Assembly: GCF_000219175.1 (NCBI RefSeq)
Contig: NC_015735.1
Location: forward strand, 240,001 to 272,000
Direction: 5' to 3'
DNA: 32,000 nt
Source: Candidatus Moranella endobia PCIT
GTDB lineage: Bacteria; Pseudomonadota; Gammaproteobacteria; Enterobacterales; Enterobacteriaceae
Shown piece after piece: positions 9,509 through 18,625 of the stretch. The translations under genes and the position numbers were made by a program. Positions within the stretch are counted from its first letter, which is position 1; each line of letters begins with the position of its first letter. Under the pieces are notes generated by a model. The model saw only the letters and a program-made list of their open reading frames with translations. It ran no database searches and was not told where the DNA came from.

Positions 9509-11074
9509 TTACAGTGAAATAGAGGATACTGACGATTGTTCAAAATGGTAGTTACCGGTTTTTAAACTGCTAGGCCCTAAACGCGCGAATTTGAACATCA
9601 GATACATTTCAACAGCCAAAAAAAATGTGTACAGCCCGCAAATCAACACCATCGAGAACAGTATATCGCCTGTTGTTAGAGTGGAGTTGGCAATTGCAGT
9701 GGGTAGAATTTCACCGATAGCCCAAGGCTGGCGACCGTACTCGGCGATAAACCAACCAGATTCGATAGCAATCCATGGCAACGGCATTCCATAGATCATA
9801 GCACGGTGTAGCCAACGGTACTGACCAATACAATTAAACAATATAGTCCAGCAACAGACGCCTAGCATTAGCAGCATCAGTAAGCCACAACCAACCATGA
9901 TCCGAAAGGCAATATACAACGGCACTACGCGGGGGATGGAATCAATGGTTGCTTGTAGAATATGCTGTTCGCTAGCTTGGTTAATATTATCAGTATATTG
10001 TTTAAGCAGCAACCCATAGCCTAGATCCTGTTTAGCATGGTTAAATGCTTCGCGCACAGTAGTATCAGTGCTGCCTTCACGCAGCTGCTGTAGTAAATTG
10101 TAGGCATTAATCCCATTGCGGATACGCAACTCATGTTGTACCATCAGATCTTTCAGGCCTATGATCTTACGATTCGTAGATCGTGTGGCGATAATACCCA
10201 AAGCGTAAGGGATGCGCACTGCGAACTGGTTAGTCTGTTCTTTTTGGTTCGGTAAACAGAACAACGTAAATGATGCAGGTGCCGGTTCGGTGTTCCATTC
10301 CGCCTCAATAGCAGCTAACTTGGTTTTTTGCACATCGCCCATTTTATAACCGGATTCATCCCCCAACACTATGACTGACAACACTGCTGCCATACCAAAG
10401 GAGGCGGCGATGGCGAAAGATCGTTTAGCAAAAGCAAGATCGCGTCCTTTCAGCAAATAGTAAGAACTGATACCAAGGACGAACATTGCTCCGGTGCAAT
10501 ATCCAGCTGCTACAGTATGCACGAATTTAACCTGCGCTACTGGATTCAGAAACAAATCAGTGAAGTTGACCATTTCCATGCGCATGGTTTCATAGTTAAA
10601 ATCCGCCGCGATGGGATTTTGCATCCAGCTATTGGCAACTAGTATCCACAGGGCAGAAAGATTAGAACCAAGCGCCACCAACCAGGTTACGATCATATGT
10701 TGCACTTTGCTAAGTCGGTCCCAACCGAACAGGAATAACCCGATAAAAGTTGATTCAAGGAAAAAAGCCATCAAACCTTCGATAGCAAGCGGGGCGCCGA
10801 AAATATCGCCAACATAGTAGGAAAAATATGACCAATTAGTACCGAACTGAAACTCCATAGTAAGACCAGTAGCTACACCGAGTGCGAAGTTGATCGCGAA
10901 CAACTTGCCCCAAAACTTGGTCATATCTTTATATATATTTTTACCTGATAGTATATACACCATTTCCATAATAGCGAGCAAAAACGCCAGACCAAGCGTA
11001 AGCGGTACAAATAGAAAATGGTACATCGCCGTTAAAGCAAACTGTAATCGTGATAGTTCTACGACATCAAACAT
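9509..11074 (-). CDS. cydA: Cytochrome bd-I ubiquinol oxidase subunit I
   Basis: [28 protein letters not shown]... is collinear with E. coli CydA, including the Q-loop region and the GRQPWAI motif. Confidence 0.97.
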   Translation of the reverse strand: MFDVVELSRLQFALTAMYHFLFVPLTLGLAFLLAIMEMVYILSGKNIYKDMTKFWGKLFAINFALGVATGLTMEFQFGTNWSYFSYYVGDIFGAPLAIEGLMAFFLESTFIGLFLFGWDRLSKVQHMIVTWLVALGSNLSALWILVANSWMQNPIAADFNYETMRMEMVNFTDLFLNPVAQVKFVHTVAAGYCTGAMFVLGISSYYLLKGRDLAFAKRSFAIAASFGMAAVLSVIVLGDESGYKMGDVQKTKLAAIEAEWNTEPAPASFTLFCLPNQKEQTNQFAVRIPYALGIIATRSTNRKIIGLKDLMVQHELRIRNGINAYNLLQQLREGSTDTTVREAFNHAKQDLGYGLLLKQYTDNINQASEQHILQATIDSIPRVVPLYIAFRIMVGCGLLMLLMLGVCCWTILFNCIGQYRWLHRAMIYGMPLPWIAIESGWFIAEYGRQPWAIGEILPTAIANSTLTTGDILFSMVLICGLYTFFLAVEMYLMFKFARLGPSSLKTGNYHFEQSSVSSISL

Positions 11075-11310
11075 GATAATTCCTTGCTACTTTCAAGCAG
11101 GATCAACCTGTGCCGCTTCAAACAAGATCCAAGAGAATATAAAGAAAGGCACGATGAATAAATAAAACACAGGCTTTATTTATTATTAACTTTAAATAAT
11201 AATAAGTTGTTAGTTTCTGGAAGCAATCATAACTGTTTGAGGTAATGTATTGGATATAATTATTATATCTGATATACACAAAACTTGTTCCATAACACAT
11301 TCTAGCATGT

Positions 11311-11407
11311 TTAATAATGCCGTTTTGCAGCTAATCATTAATTAATTGGGGGGTAACCATTAATTAAACTTACACTCGTGGACTATATATAGTAATTATA
11401 TTATAAT
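11311..11407. repeat. Left copy of a perfect 97-bp inverted repeat (partner at 13348-13444)
   Basis: I reverse-complemented 11311-11407 by hand. It equals 13348-13444 at all 97 positions, and identity stops abruptly at both ends. It contains a G6 run and an AT-only sub-hairpin (TTAATTAAT ... ATTAATTAA). Confidence 0.95.
11379..11407 (+). promoter_or_regulatory. Candidate sigma70 promoter for tRNA-Leu(CAA), lying wholly inside the inner end of the inverted repeat
   Basis: The motif is TGGACT-(17 nt)-TATAAT. The -10 hexamer forms the last 6 nt of the repeat and ends 11 nt before the tRNA 5' end. This is a motif match only. Confidence 0.35.
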
Positions 11408-11418
11408 ACAATTTCAGT

Positions 11419-11503
11419 GCCGAAGTGGCGAAATTGGTAGACGCAGTTGATTCAAAATCAACCACCTGCTGGTATGCCGGTTCGAGTCCGGCCTTCGGCA
11501 CCA
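11419..11503 (+). tRNA. leuX: tRNA-Leu (anticodon CAA), CCA encoded
   Basis: GCCGAAGTGGCGAAATTGGTAGACGCAGTTGATTCAAAATCAACC...GCCGGTTCGAGTCCGGCCTTCGGCACCA matches E. coli leuX almost exactly outside the variable arm. Confidence 0.93.
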
Positions 11504-11739
11504 TATCTGCAGATCTACTTCGATCTTTTCAGAAATTACGCTCAACTATTGCTGAGTCGTTTACGTGGGTCACTTGTTGTTTAGTGCTACCTAACTAAGC
11601 GCGCCTACTATATATATTACGAATACATAAAAAAAGCTTAAACAACAAACATGAGATTTTTTGCATGTTAATGGTTTGTGGCACGGTTCATTCTACGTTT
11701 TGAATTTGTTCGCGCATTTGTTCAGTAAGTACTTTAAGT

Positions 11740-12555
11740 TCAATCGGCTGATGCAGTTACGCTGGTATTGACCGATTTTGCAGCTAGCGTGTTCGACTCG
11801 CGGTGCAATTCCTGCATTATAAAATCAAGTCTGCGACCTACCGCTTCTGGTTTGTTCAAAATATGGTAGGTTTCTTTAACATGGGTATCGATGCGATCCA
11901 GTTCCTCGGCGATGTCTATCCGTTGCGCTAAAATCACCAATTCCTGCTCTATACGGTTACTATCCAACTTAACTTGGGCTTCCTGAAGTTTGTTCAGCAG
12001 CTTTTCGCGTTGCCAGACTAGTACTGTCGGCATCTGTTGGCGCACCTTGGCTGATTCTGCACTGACACCAGCTAATCGTTTTTCTATTAGTTTCTTAAGA
12101 GCCTTGCCTTCAGTTTCACGGGCGCTGATAAGGTCTTTGCAAGTCGCGTCCAACTCCAATAGTAATTCGGCGCTGATCGTGTCTAACTCCTGCTCGGTCG
12201 TGGACATGACGCCCGGCCATCGTAAAATTTCTAGTGGTTCGATTGTACCTTCTTCTTGGCTTTGTATTTTAACCCACTTAGCGGCTGCAATCACTTGTTT
12301 TGCAAGTGTTTTATTGATGATTAAGGTACTTTGTACATTAGGATTAACGTAAAAGTACAGATTACATTCCACTTTGCCTCGAGTAAGACACAAGCGTATA
12401 CGTTCACGAATAGCTTGCTCCAGAAAAATCAATTGTTCTGGCAGACGTATGTAGGTTTCCAAATAGCGATGATTAATGGAACGTAGTTCCCAGGCGGCAT
12501 TGCCCCATATGCCTGTAATTTCACGCCGGGCAAAAGCAGTCATACTTCTAATCAT
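11740..12555 (-). CDS. yicC: YicC-family stress-induced protein/endoribonuclease, 3' end frameshifted (full-length frame would run to 11688)
   Basis: MIRSMTAFARREITGIWGNAAWELRSINHRYLETY... is collinear with E. coli YicC up to ...VTASA. One extra nucleotide near 11745 then shifts the frame. The conserved tail IELKVLTEQMREQIQNVE-stop is readable in the +1 frame down to 11688. Confidence 0.88.
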   Translation of the reverse strand: MIRSMTAFARREITGIWGNAAWELRSINHRYLETYIRLPEQLIFLEQAIRERIRLCLTRGKVECNLYFYVNPNVQSTLIINKTLAKQVIAAAKWVKIQSQEEGTIEPLEILRWPGVMSTTEQELDTISAELLLELDATCKDLISARETEGKALKKLIEKRLAGVSAESAKVRQQMPTVLVWQREKLLNKLQEAQVKLDSNRIEQELVILAQRIDIAEELDRIDTHVKETYHILNKPEAVGRRLDFIMQELHRESNTLAAKSVNTSVTASAD

Positions 12556-12679
12556 AGGCTGACCAATTTATTTAACATTCCTGTGATTATCATCCCGCTA
12601 CTCAAGACAAGATCAGATAAATCTTGTAGTCCGCGTATAATGCGGCATAGCTAACCAATCATTGACAAACAGGACCTAT

Positions 12680-13359
12680 TCTTAGGCCCTCAGCAGAAAT
12701 AACCTATCGCAAGTACGACCGGTAATAATTACTAGCAATTTTATTCAACATACCGAAAATCGGTATTAATAGCATGTGGTAAAATGCGCGTACTATGTAC
12801 TGCGTCGGTGGATAAGGGTGTGCCGCCTTTAAAAAAGGCGGCAAGGGCTGGATTACTGCTTAATATGGTATGTTACCATGTGCAACCCATACTCGCAATA
12901 CCCGAGAAGCAGCGAAAGGCAAGCAAGGTTGCCAAACTATGGAAATAAAGCATCTTATCGCACGCTCGCTACGTGCTTGCTGCTGTAGATTTACACAAAA
13001 ATGGACGTATAGACAGCAATAATTGCTCAATTACCTGGACTTGCTTAGCGCTGGCTGATACCTTAACCAGCATAAAGAAAAAATCAGTTGAATATTAATC
13101 CGATGAGAGGATGCGGCGCAGCAATTTCGTTAGGTATAGTTGCTGGGGAAGCAGTGTGCGATTTGGAATATATAGACGATTGAGTAGCAGAAACTACTAT
13201 TAATGTAGTAATGTTTGAAGATGGTCGCTTGATCGAAGTGCAAGTGACTGCCGAATGTAAGCCTGTTAGTACACAAGAATTTATTGTTTTGCTGACCGCT
13301 GTGGTATTTATAGTCGGATAAAAGCACAAAAAGCAGCGCAGGCCGCGATTATAATATAA
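12680..13359 (+). pseudogene. rph: RNase PH pseudogene (multiple frameshifts and in-frame stops)
   Basis: Fragments in shifting frames match E. coli RNase PH in order: QVRPVIITSNF, SVLIACGKMRVLCTASVDKGVPPLKK, GWITA[26 protein letters not shown], [14 protein letters not shown], and the C-terminal KAQKAAQAA. It is divergent from yicC, as in E. coli. Confidence 0.88.
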
Positions 13360-13444
13360 TTACTATATATAGTCCACGAGTGTAAGTTTAATTAATGGTT
13401 ACCCCCCAATTAATTAATGATTAGCTGCAAAACGGCATTATTAA
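13348..13444. repeat. Right copy of the perfect 97-bp inverted repeat (partner at 11311-11407)
   Basis: See the left copy. The inner end abuts the expected rph stop position, and the outer end stops 2 nt before the rsmH ATG. The outer part (GATTAGCTGCAAAAC...) may be a trace of the mraZ 3' end, but the similarity is weak. Confidence 0.95.
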
Positions 13445-13446
13445 CT

Positions 13447-14400
13447 ATGTCAGATAATTATTTACATACCACTGTTTTGCTAAATGAAGCGGTACATGGT
13501 TTAAACCTACGACCTGATGGCATCTATTTTGACGGAACCTTTGGGCGTGGCGGGCATTCGCGGTTAATTTTATCAAAGCTTAATGCACAAGGACGACTAT
13601 TTGCTATAGATTGTGATCCGGCGGCAATTGAAGCGGCACAGACCATCGATGATACACGTTTTACTATTGTCCATAAGCCTTTTTCCGCAATGCTGGATTA
13701 CATAGCAGAAAGAGATCTTGTTGGTCAAATTGACGGTATTTTGCTAGATCTAGGCGTCTCTTCGCCGCAAATCGACGATCCAGCACGTGGTTTTTCATTT
13801 ATGCGCGACGGACCACTGGATATGCGTATGGATAACACAAGCGGGCAGTCAGCCGCGCAGTGGCTAGCACAAGCGTCAGTGGACGAGATAAGCTGGGTTC
13901 TAAAGACCTTTGGCGAGGAGCGTTTCGCCAAACGCATAGCACAGGCAATCGTCGCAAGAAATCGCCAACGACCTCCTATAACACGGACTCTAGAACTAGC
14001 AGCCTTAATTACCAAGGCCATTCCGTTTCATGATAATCGTAAGCACCCTGCAACGCGCAGTTTCCAGGCGATTCGGATCTATATCAATTGCGAGCTAGAA
14101 GAGATCGAACGGGCTCTCAACTGCGCGTTGCAGGGGCTGGCCCCATACGGCAGATTAGCAGTTATAAGCTTCCATTCTATAGAGGATCGGTTGGTGAAAC
14201 AGTTTATCTATCAGCACAGCTACATACCGCAGGTGCCGGTGGGTATACCACTAACAGAAGCGCAAATATCCGCGCAATACCAGCATTGGCGCCAATTGAA
14301 AATTTTAGGGAAAATACATCCTTCGGCGCAAGAAATTACAGATAACCCACGTGCGCGTAGTTCGGTGCTAAGATTAGCAGAGAAATTGTCTAAAACATGA
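13447..14400 (+). CDS. rsmH: 16S rRNA (cytosine1402-N4)-methyltransferase
   Basis: [39 protein letters not shown]... is collinear with E. coli RsmH (MraW). ATG 13447 matches the ortholog start. The ORF-track start at 13417 lies inside the inverted repeat. Confidence 0.95.
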   Translation: MSDNYLHTTVLLNEAVHGLNLRPDGIYFDGTFGRGGHSRLILSKLNAQGRLFAIDCDPAAIEAAQTIDDTRFTIVHKPFSAMLDYIAERDLVGQIDGILLDLGVSSPQIDDPARGFSFMRDGPLDMRMDNTSGQSAAQWLAQASVDEISWVLKTFGEERFAKRIAQAIVARNRQRPPITRTLELAALITKAIPFHDNRKHPATRSFQAIRIYINCELEEIERALNCALQGLAPYGRLAVISFHSIEDRLVKQFIYQHSYIPQVPVGIPLTEAQISAQYQHWRQLKILGKIHPSAQEITDNPRARSSVLRLAEKLSKT

Positions 14401-14666
14401 TCGATAGAAAACATTATCACTTAGTTGGAAGCATAGGTAAAGATATATTAAATAATGGCAAACTGCCCGCGCTATTACTGATTGCGGTTCTCGCCTCATC
14501 GAGCTTGGTAGTTATAACCACCTACCAAACCAGGCGGCTAACAGTTGAACGTGAGCAACTGCTTCTAGAACAGAATATATTAGATATCGAGTGGCGTAAC
14601 CTGATCCTAGAAGATAATGTTATTAGCGATCAAAGTCGCTTTGAGTTTGTCGCCACTGAGCAGTGA
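14397..14666 (+). CDS. ftsL: Cell division protein FtsL, shortened at both termini relative to E. coli (89 aa)
   Basis: [12 protein letters not shown]...[43 protein letters not shown] matches the FtsL TM and coiled-coil region. The start overlaps the rsmH stop, as in E. coli. A stop lies where E. coli continues KLQMQHVDPSQENIVVQK. Confidence 0.85.
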   Translation: MIDRKHYHLVGSIGKDILNNGKLPALLLIAVLASSSLVVITTYQTRRLTVEREQLLLEQNILDIEWRNLILEDNVISDQSRFEFVATEQ

Positions 14667-14935
14667 CCAAGACCATATTTAGATTAGTCGCAAGAAAAAT
14701 ATTGTGCTTCCACCTTAAGTGATCGTACTTTATCCGCTTTGATCGACCTTAGTCGCAGTCGCAAATACTGATTTATGACAAGTAGGCTGAAAAAAAATTG
14801 CTATTACTTACAGTTTAGTTATAAAAATAGCATTTGAAAGCAACCTATACTGCGATCTTTAGCGCTTGAATCTAATCATAAATTATTGGCAAAATAAGCA
14901 CAATTAGTCCGCAAACTGATAATAAATAGCGATAC

Positions 14936-16711
14936 ATGAAAGCCGCAGCATGCATGACCACTCTGAAACGCCAGGCGGCTAATAATACCAGACTTGGCGG
15001 TTGGCGTTTTACTGTTCTGTATAGTTGCATCCTACTAGCGTTGATCGGTATGACAATCAGGTTAGCCTATCTACATATCATTAATCACGATCAACTGGTA
15101 CGTGAAGGAGATATGCGCTCGCGGCGTGTGCAGCAAATTCCTACCATGCGTGGTATGATAAGCGACCGAGTCGGACGTCCTCTGGCAGTAAGCGTGCCAG
15201 TTCACGCTATCTGGGCAGATCCGCAACAGTTGACAAAATACTATAGCAGTATGAGCACAAACTTACGCTGGAAAGCGTTTTACGATGTGCTTTCTCTCTC
15301 TTATGATCAACTGTTATCGCGCATGCATACTAATTCTACAAGGCGCTTTGTCTATTTAGCGCGCCAAGTTAATCCTAATATTAGCGATTATATCCATAAA
15401 CTTAACCTGCCAGGTATTTATCTTCGACAGGAGTCACGTCGCTATTATCCCGCTGGTCATTCAACAGCGCATCTTCTTGGCGTGACCAATATTGATAGTC
15501 AGGGTATTGAAGGTATTGAAAAAAGTTTCGACAAGTGGCTAACCGGCCAACCCAACGAGCGAATGGTGCGCAAAGATCGTTTTGGCAAGATCATAGAGAA
15601 TATATCTTCGGTCGCCCGCCAGACCACGCATAATCTGTCGCTAAGTATTGACGAACAGCTGCAGGCATTGGTGTATCGTGAGCTTAATCAAGCCGTTGCA
15701 TGCAATCGTGCCGAATCTGGCACATCAGTTTTGGTGGATGTCAATACTGGCGAAGTGCTAGCAATGGCCATCAGTCCTTCTTACAACCCCAACAATTTAG
15801 TTGGCACCAACATGGATATAATGCGTAATCGTGCTATTACCGATAGTTTTGAGCCAGGTTCAACAGTAAAGCCAATGGTGGTCATGACAGCACTGCAGCG
15901 TAGATTAGTGGGGGAAAACAGCCTACTTAATACATTACCTTACATGATTAGTAGTCACCAAATTAAGGATGTAGCGCGCTATGCTGAATTGTCCATGACA
16001 GGAATTTTGCAGAAATCTAGTAACGTTGGTGTATCTAGGCTTGCGTTAGCAATGCCATCTTCGTCGCTAGCAGAAACTTACTCTCGCTTTGGATTGGGTA
16101 AAGCGACCCAGTTGGGGCTGATTGGGGAACGCAATGGCGGCTTATGTTCCCATAACCAACGTTGTTCTGACATGGACAGAGCGACTTTTTCTTACGGTTA
16201 CGGTCTAATGGCTACACCGTTACAATTAGCACGCGTATATACTATTATTGGCAGCATGGGTGTTTTACGCCCGCTGTCTATCACCAGGATAAATCCACCA
16301 GTGATAGGAGAGCGTGTGTTTCCGGCGTCGCTAGTACGTACGGTAGTACACATGATGGAAAGTGTGGCGCTACCAGGTGGATGTGGTAATAAAGCTACAA
16401 TCAATGGTTATCGTATCGCTATTAAAACTGGTACCACTAAAAAATTGGGGCTAAATGGCCATTATATCAATAAATATGTGGCCTATACCGCTGGGGTAGC
16501 GCCAGTTAGTAATCCGCGGTTTGCACTAGTGGTCGTTATAAATGATCCGCAGGGCGGCAAATACTACGGAGGAGCAGTTTCCGCGCCAGTATTTAGCACA
16601 ATTATGGGCAGCATTCTGCGGACAAAGCACATAGAACCAGATGCGCTGCGGAAACCTAGTAAAAAATTCGCCATAGTCGTAAAGACTAATACAAAAAAGA
16701 AGGTATTATAG
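14936..16711 (+). CDS. ftsI: Peptidoglycan D,D-transpeptidase FtsI (PBP3)
   Basis: The ORF is collinear with E. coli FtsI. The active-site motifs STVKP, SSN and KTGT are all present. Confidence 0.96.
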   Translation: MKAAACMTTLKRQAANNTRLGGWRFTVLYSCILLALIGMTIRLAYLHIINHDQLVREGDMRSRRVQQIPTMRGMISDRVGRPLAVSVPVHAIWADPQQLTKYYSSMSTNLRWKAFYDVLSLSYDQLLSRMHTNSTRRFVYLARQVNPNISDYIHKLNLPGIYLRQESRRYYPAGHSTAHLLGVTNIDSQGIEGIEKSFDKWLTGQPNERMVRKDRFGKIIENISSVARQTTHNLSLSIDEQLQALVYRELNQAVACNRAESGTSVLVDVNTGEVLAMAISPSYNPNNLVGTNMDIMRNRAITDSFEPGSTVKPMVVMTALQRRLVGENSLLNTLPYMISSHQIKDVARYAELSMTGILQKSSNVGVSRLALAMPSSSLAETYSRFGLGKATQLGLIGERNGGLCSHNQRCSDMDRATFSYGYGLMATPLQLARVYTIIGSMGVLRPLSITRINPPVIGERVFPASLVRTVVHMMESVALPGGCGNKATINGYRIAIKTGTTKKLGLNGHYINKYVAYTAGVAPVSNPRFALVVVINDPQGGKYYGGAVSAPVFSTIMGSILRTKHIEPDALRKPSKKFAIVVKTNTKKKVL

Positions 16712-16717
16712 GCATTT

Positions 16718-17547
16718 ATGTATGAACTTGAATAATTCGTAATCAGCTTGATGCCCACCATGGTTAAGATGGTTAAGCTAGAGCTAGCTATAATACTACT
16801 CAGGCATTGCCGCTGTCAGGGCACAAGCATAATGAATGACATTCGATAATAAGAGGAACCATTCAAAAGCAGCTATCGGCGCTGACTGGTATTTTATTAC
16901 GCATCCTTTAATCGACTCGTTTTGTACTTGTAACAAGACAAAACCACCCGCACCATCTGGATCATATCCACCCTAGTCAATACAATAATACCATCTGCAT
17001 ACCAAAATAAGTTCAGTACTTATTCTTATAAAGAAGATCACTGACCACAGTTGATCGTAGTGTATTGTTATTGGTCAATGACTAACTACTATCTATCATT
17101 CATTACCGCTTGCACGAAATAATCACTGGCTTTGTACAGGCTCTTAAATAAGCGACAGATAGTGCCTTAAGTCTTGAAGTATTTCACACATACAGTAAGT
17201 AGTAGTAGATCCTATTAAAATAGTTTAATGGATCTGATCGTGCTAAAGGTGGCTAGTTTTGCTAAAGATGCTACAGTAGTAGCAGGCCAGGCTAAGCCAT
17301 ACCACTCGCCAGTAAAATATGGCGCTTGTAGTTTATCTAACTAACCGTCCCCATTCTCCGGTAAAATAGCCAAGATCCAGTCTTAAGGCCAGGAGATAAC
17401 CGCTGTGATTCTACCCTACTCCCTACTGTCAGGTTTTCAGATGATCTGTAGTCTAACTAACCTGGTGAGAAAGAAGTGGCTAGAGAGTTAACGTAGTACC
17501 GCAATCGACAAGTGGTGCGCGAGTTACAGGAGAAAGCACCATGTTAG
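16718..17547 (+). pseudogene. Collapsed murE-murF remnant (about 0.83 kb where about 2.8 kb is expected)
   Basis: The position is syntenic, between ftsI and mraY. The 5' end shows weak nucleotide similarity to the murE start (TCGTAAT...). The 3' end reads [12 protein letters not shown]-stop, matching the MurF C-terminus (..VVRALQENGTC) and overlapping the mraY ATG. No long ORF lies between. Confidence 0.7.
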
Positions 17548-18623
17548 TATGGCTGAACGAATATTTGGTTCAATTTTATTCATGGTGTAACGTTTTTTCT
17601 AACCTTACGTTCCGTACAAGCAGCAGCTTACTGACTTCGTTGTTCCTATCACTGTGGATCGGACAACACCTGATTATCAGGCTACAAAAACTACAAATTG
17701 GGCAGGTAGTGCGAAATGAAGGACCTAAATCTCATTTTCGCAAACGCGGTACGCCAACCATGGGCGGATTGATGATTCTAACGTCGATCACTCTTGCGGT
17801 GATAATCTGGGCATATCAGGCTAACCCCTATGTATGGTGCGTGCTATTTGTTCTGGTGAGTTACGGCATAGTGGGATTTATCGACGACTATCGTAAAGTG
17901 GTGCGCAAAGACACTAAGGGACTTAGTGCACGCTGGAAGTATTTCTGGCAGTCGGTTATAGCACTGGCGGTGGCGTTCACCATATTAGCGGCTGGAACAG
18001 AAACAACGGTTACCCAGCCAATGGTGCCATATTTAAAACAGGTTTTACCCCAGCTCAGGCTGAGGTATATGCTTTTAACTTACTTCGTTATTGTCGGCAC
18101 TAGCAATGCCGTAAATTTAACCGACGGTCTGGACGGGCTTGCTATTATGCCTACTGTATTTGTTGCCGCAGGTTTAGCTATAGCAGCGTTAGCAACCGGT
18201 AACATAAATGTAGCTGGCTACCTGAACATTGCTTACGTTAGCTTAGCCGGAGAGTTGGTTGTAGTCTGTGCGGCTATTATCGGTGCCAGTCTAGGTTTTT
18301 TGTGGTTCAACGCATATCCCGCACAAGTATTTATGGGCGACGTCGGATCGCTGGCACTAGGTGGAGCACTAGGCACCATTGCTGTATTGCTACATAAGGA
18401 ATTTTTGTTGTTGATTATGGGTGGTGTGTTTGTTTTAGAAGCATTATCGGTCATTTTACAGGTAGTATCGATTAAATTACTCGGTCAGCGCATGTTACTT
18501 ATGGCTCCTATTCATCACCATTATGAATTGAAAGGATGGCCAGAGCCGCGCGTTATCGTGCGCTTATGGATTATGTCGCTGATATTAGTCCTTCTTGGAT
18601 TGGCAACGCTAAAAGTATGGTAA
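17541..18623 (+). CDS. mraY: Phospho-N-acetylmuramoyl-pentapeptide transferase
   Basis: [14 protein letters not shown]... is collinear with E. coli Mra[26 protein letters not shown] and PIHHHYE are present. GGAG lies 8 nt upstream of the ATG. Confidence 0.97.
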   Translation: MLVWLNEYLVQFYSWCNVFSNLTFRTSSSLLTSLFLSLWIGQHLIIRLQKLQIGQVVRNEGPKSHFRKRGTPTMGGLMILTSITLAVIIWAYQANPYVWCVLFVLVSYGIVGFIDDYRKVVRKDTKGLSARWKYFWQSVIALAVAFTILAAGTETTVTQPMVPYLKQVLPQLRLRYMLLTYFVIVGTSNAVNLTDGLDGLAIMPTVFVAAGLAIAALATGNINVAGYLNIAYVSLAGELVVVCAAIIGASLGFLWFNAYPAQVFMGDVGSLALGGALGTIAVLLHKEFLLLIMGGVFVLEALSVILQVVSIKLLGQRMLLMAPIHHHYELKGWPEPRVIVRLWIMSLILVLLGLATLKVW

Positions 18624-18625
18624 TC

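Noticed and set aside
13084-13329. Two minus-strand ORFs (81 and 65 aa)
   Set aside because: They lie antisense within the rph pseudogene, with no conserved features. They are chance ORFs in decaying sequence.
11311-13444. Inverted-repeat cassette as an IS element, MITE or composite transposon
   Set aside because: There is no transposase or recombinase ORF inside. The cargo is housekeeping (tRNA, yicC, rph) in its ancestral divergent arrangement. There are no clean target-site duplications: the flanks are ..GCATGT on the left and CTATGT.. on the right, which are not directly abutting repeats.
16760-16777. Tandem duplication ATGGTTAAG x2, and other short repeats in the murE-murF remnant (for example TCTAACTAACC at about 17337 and about 17451)
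   Set aside because: These are short slippage-scale repeats in neutrally decaying sequence. There is no array structure and nothing CRISPR- or satellite-like.
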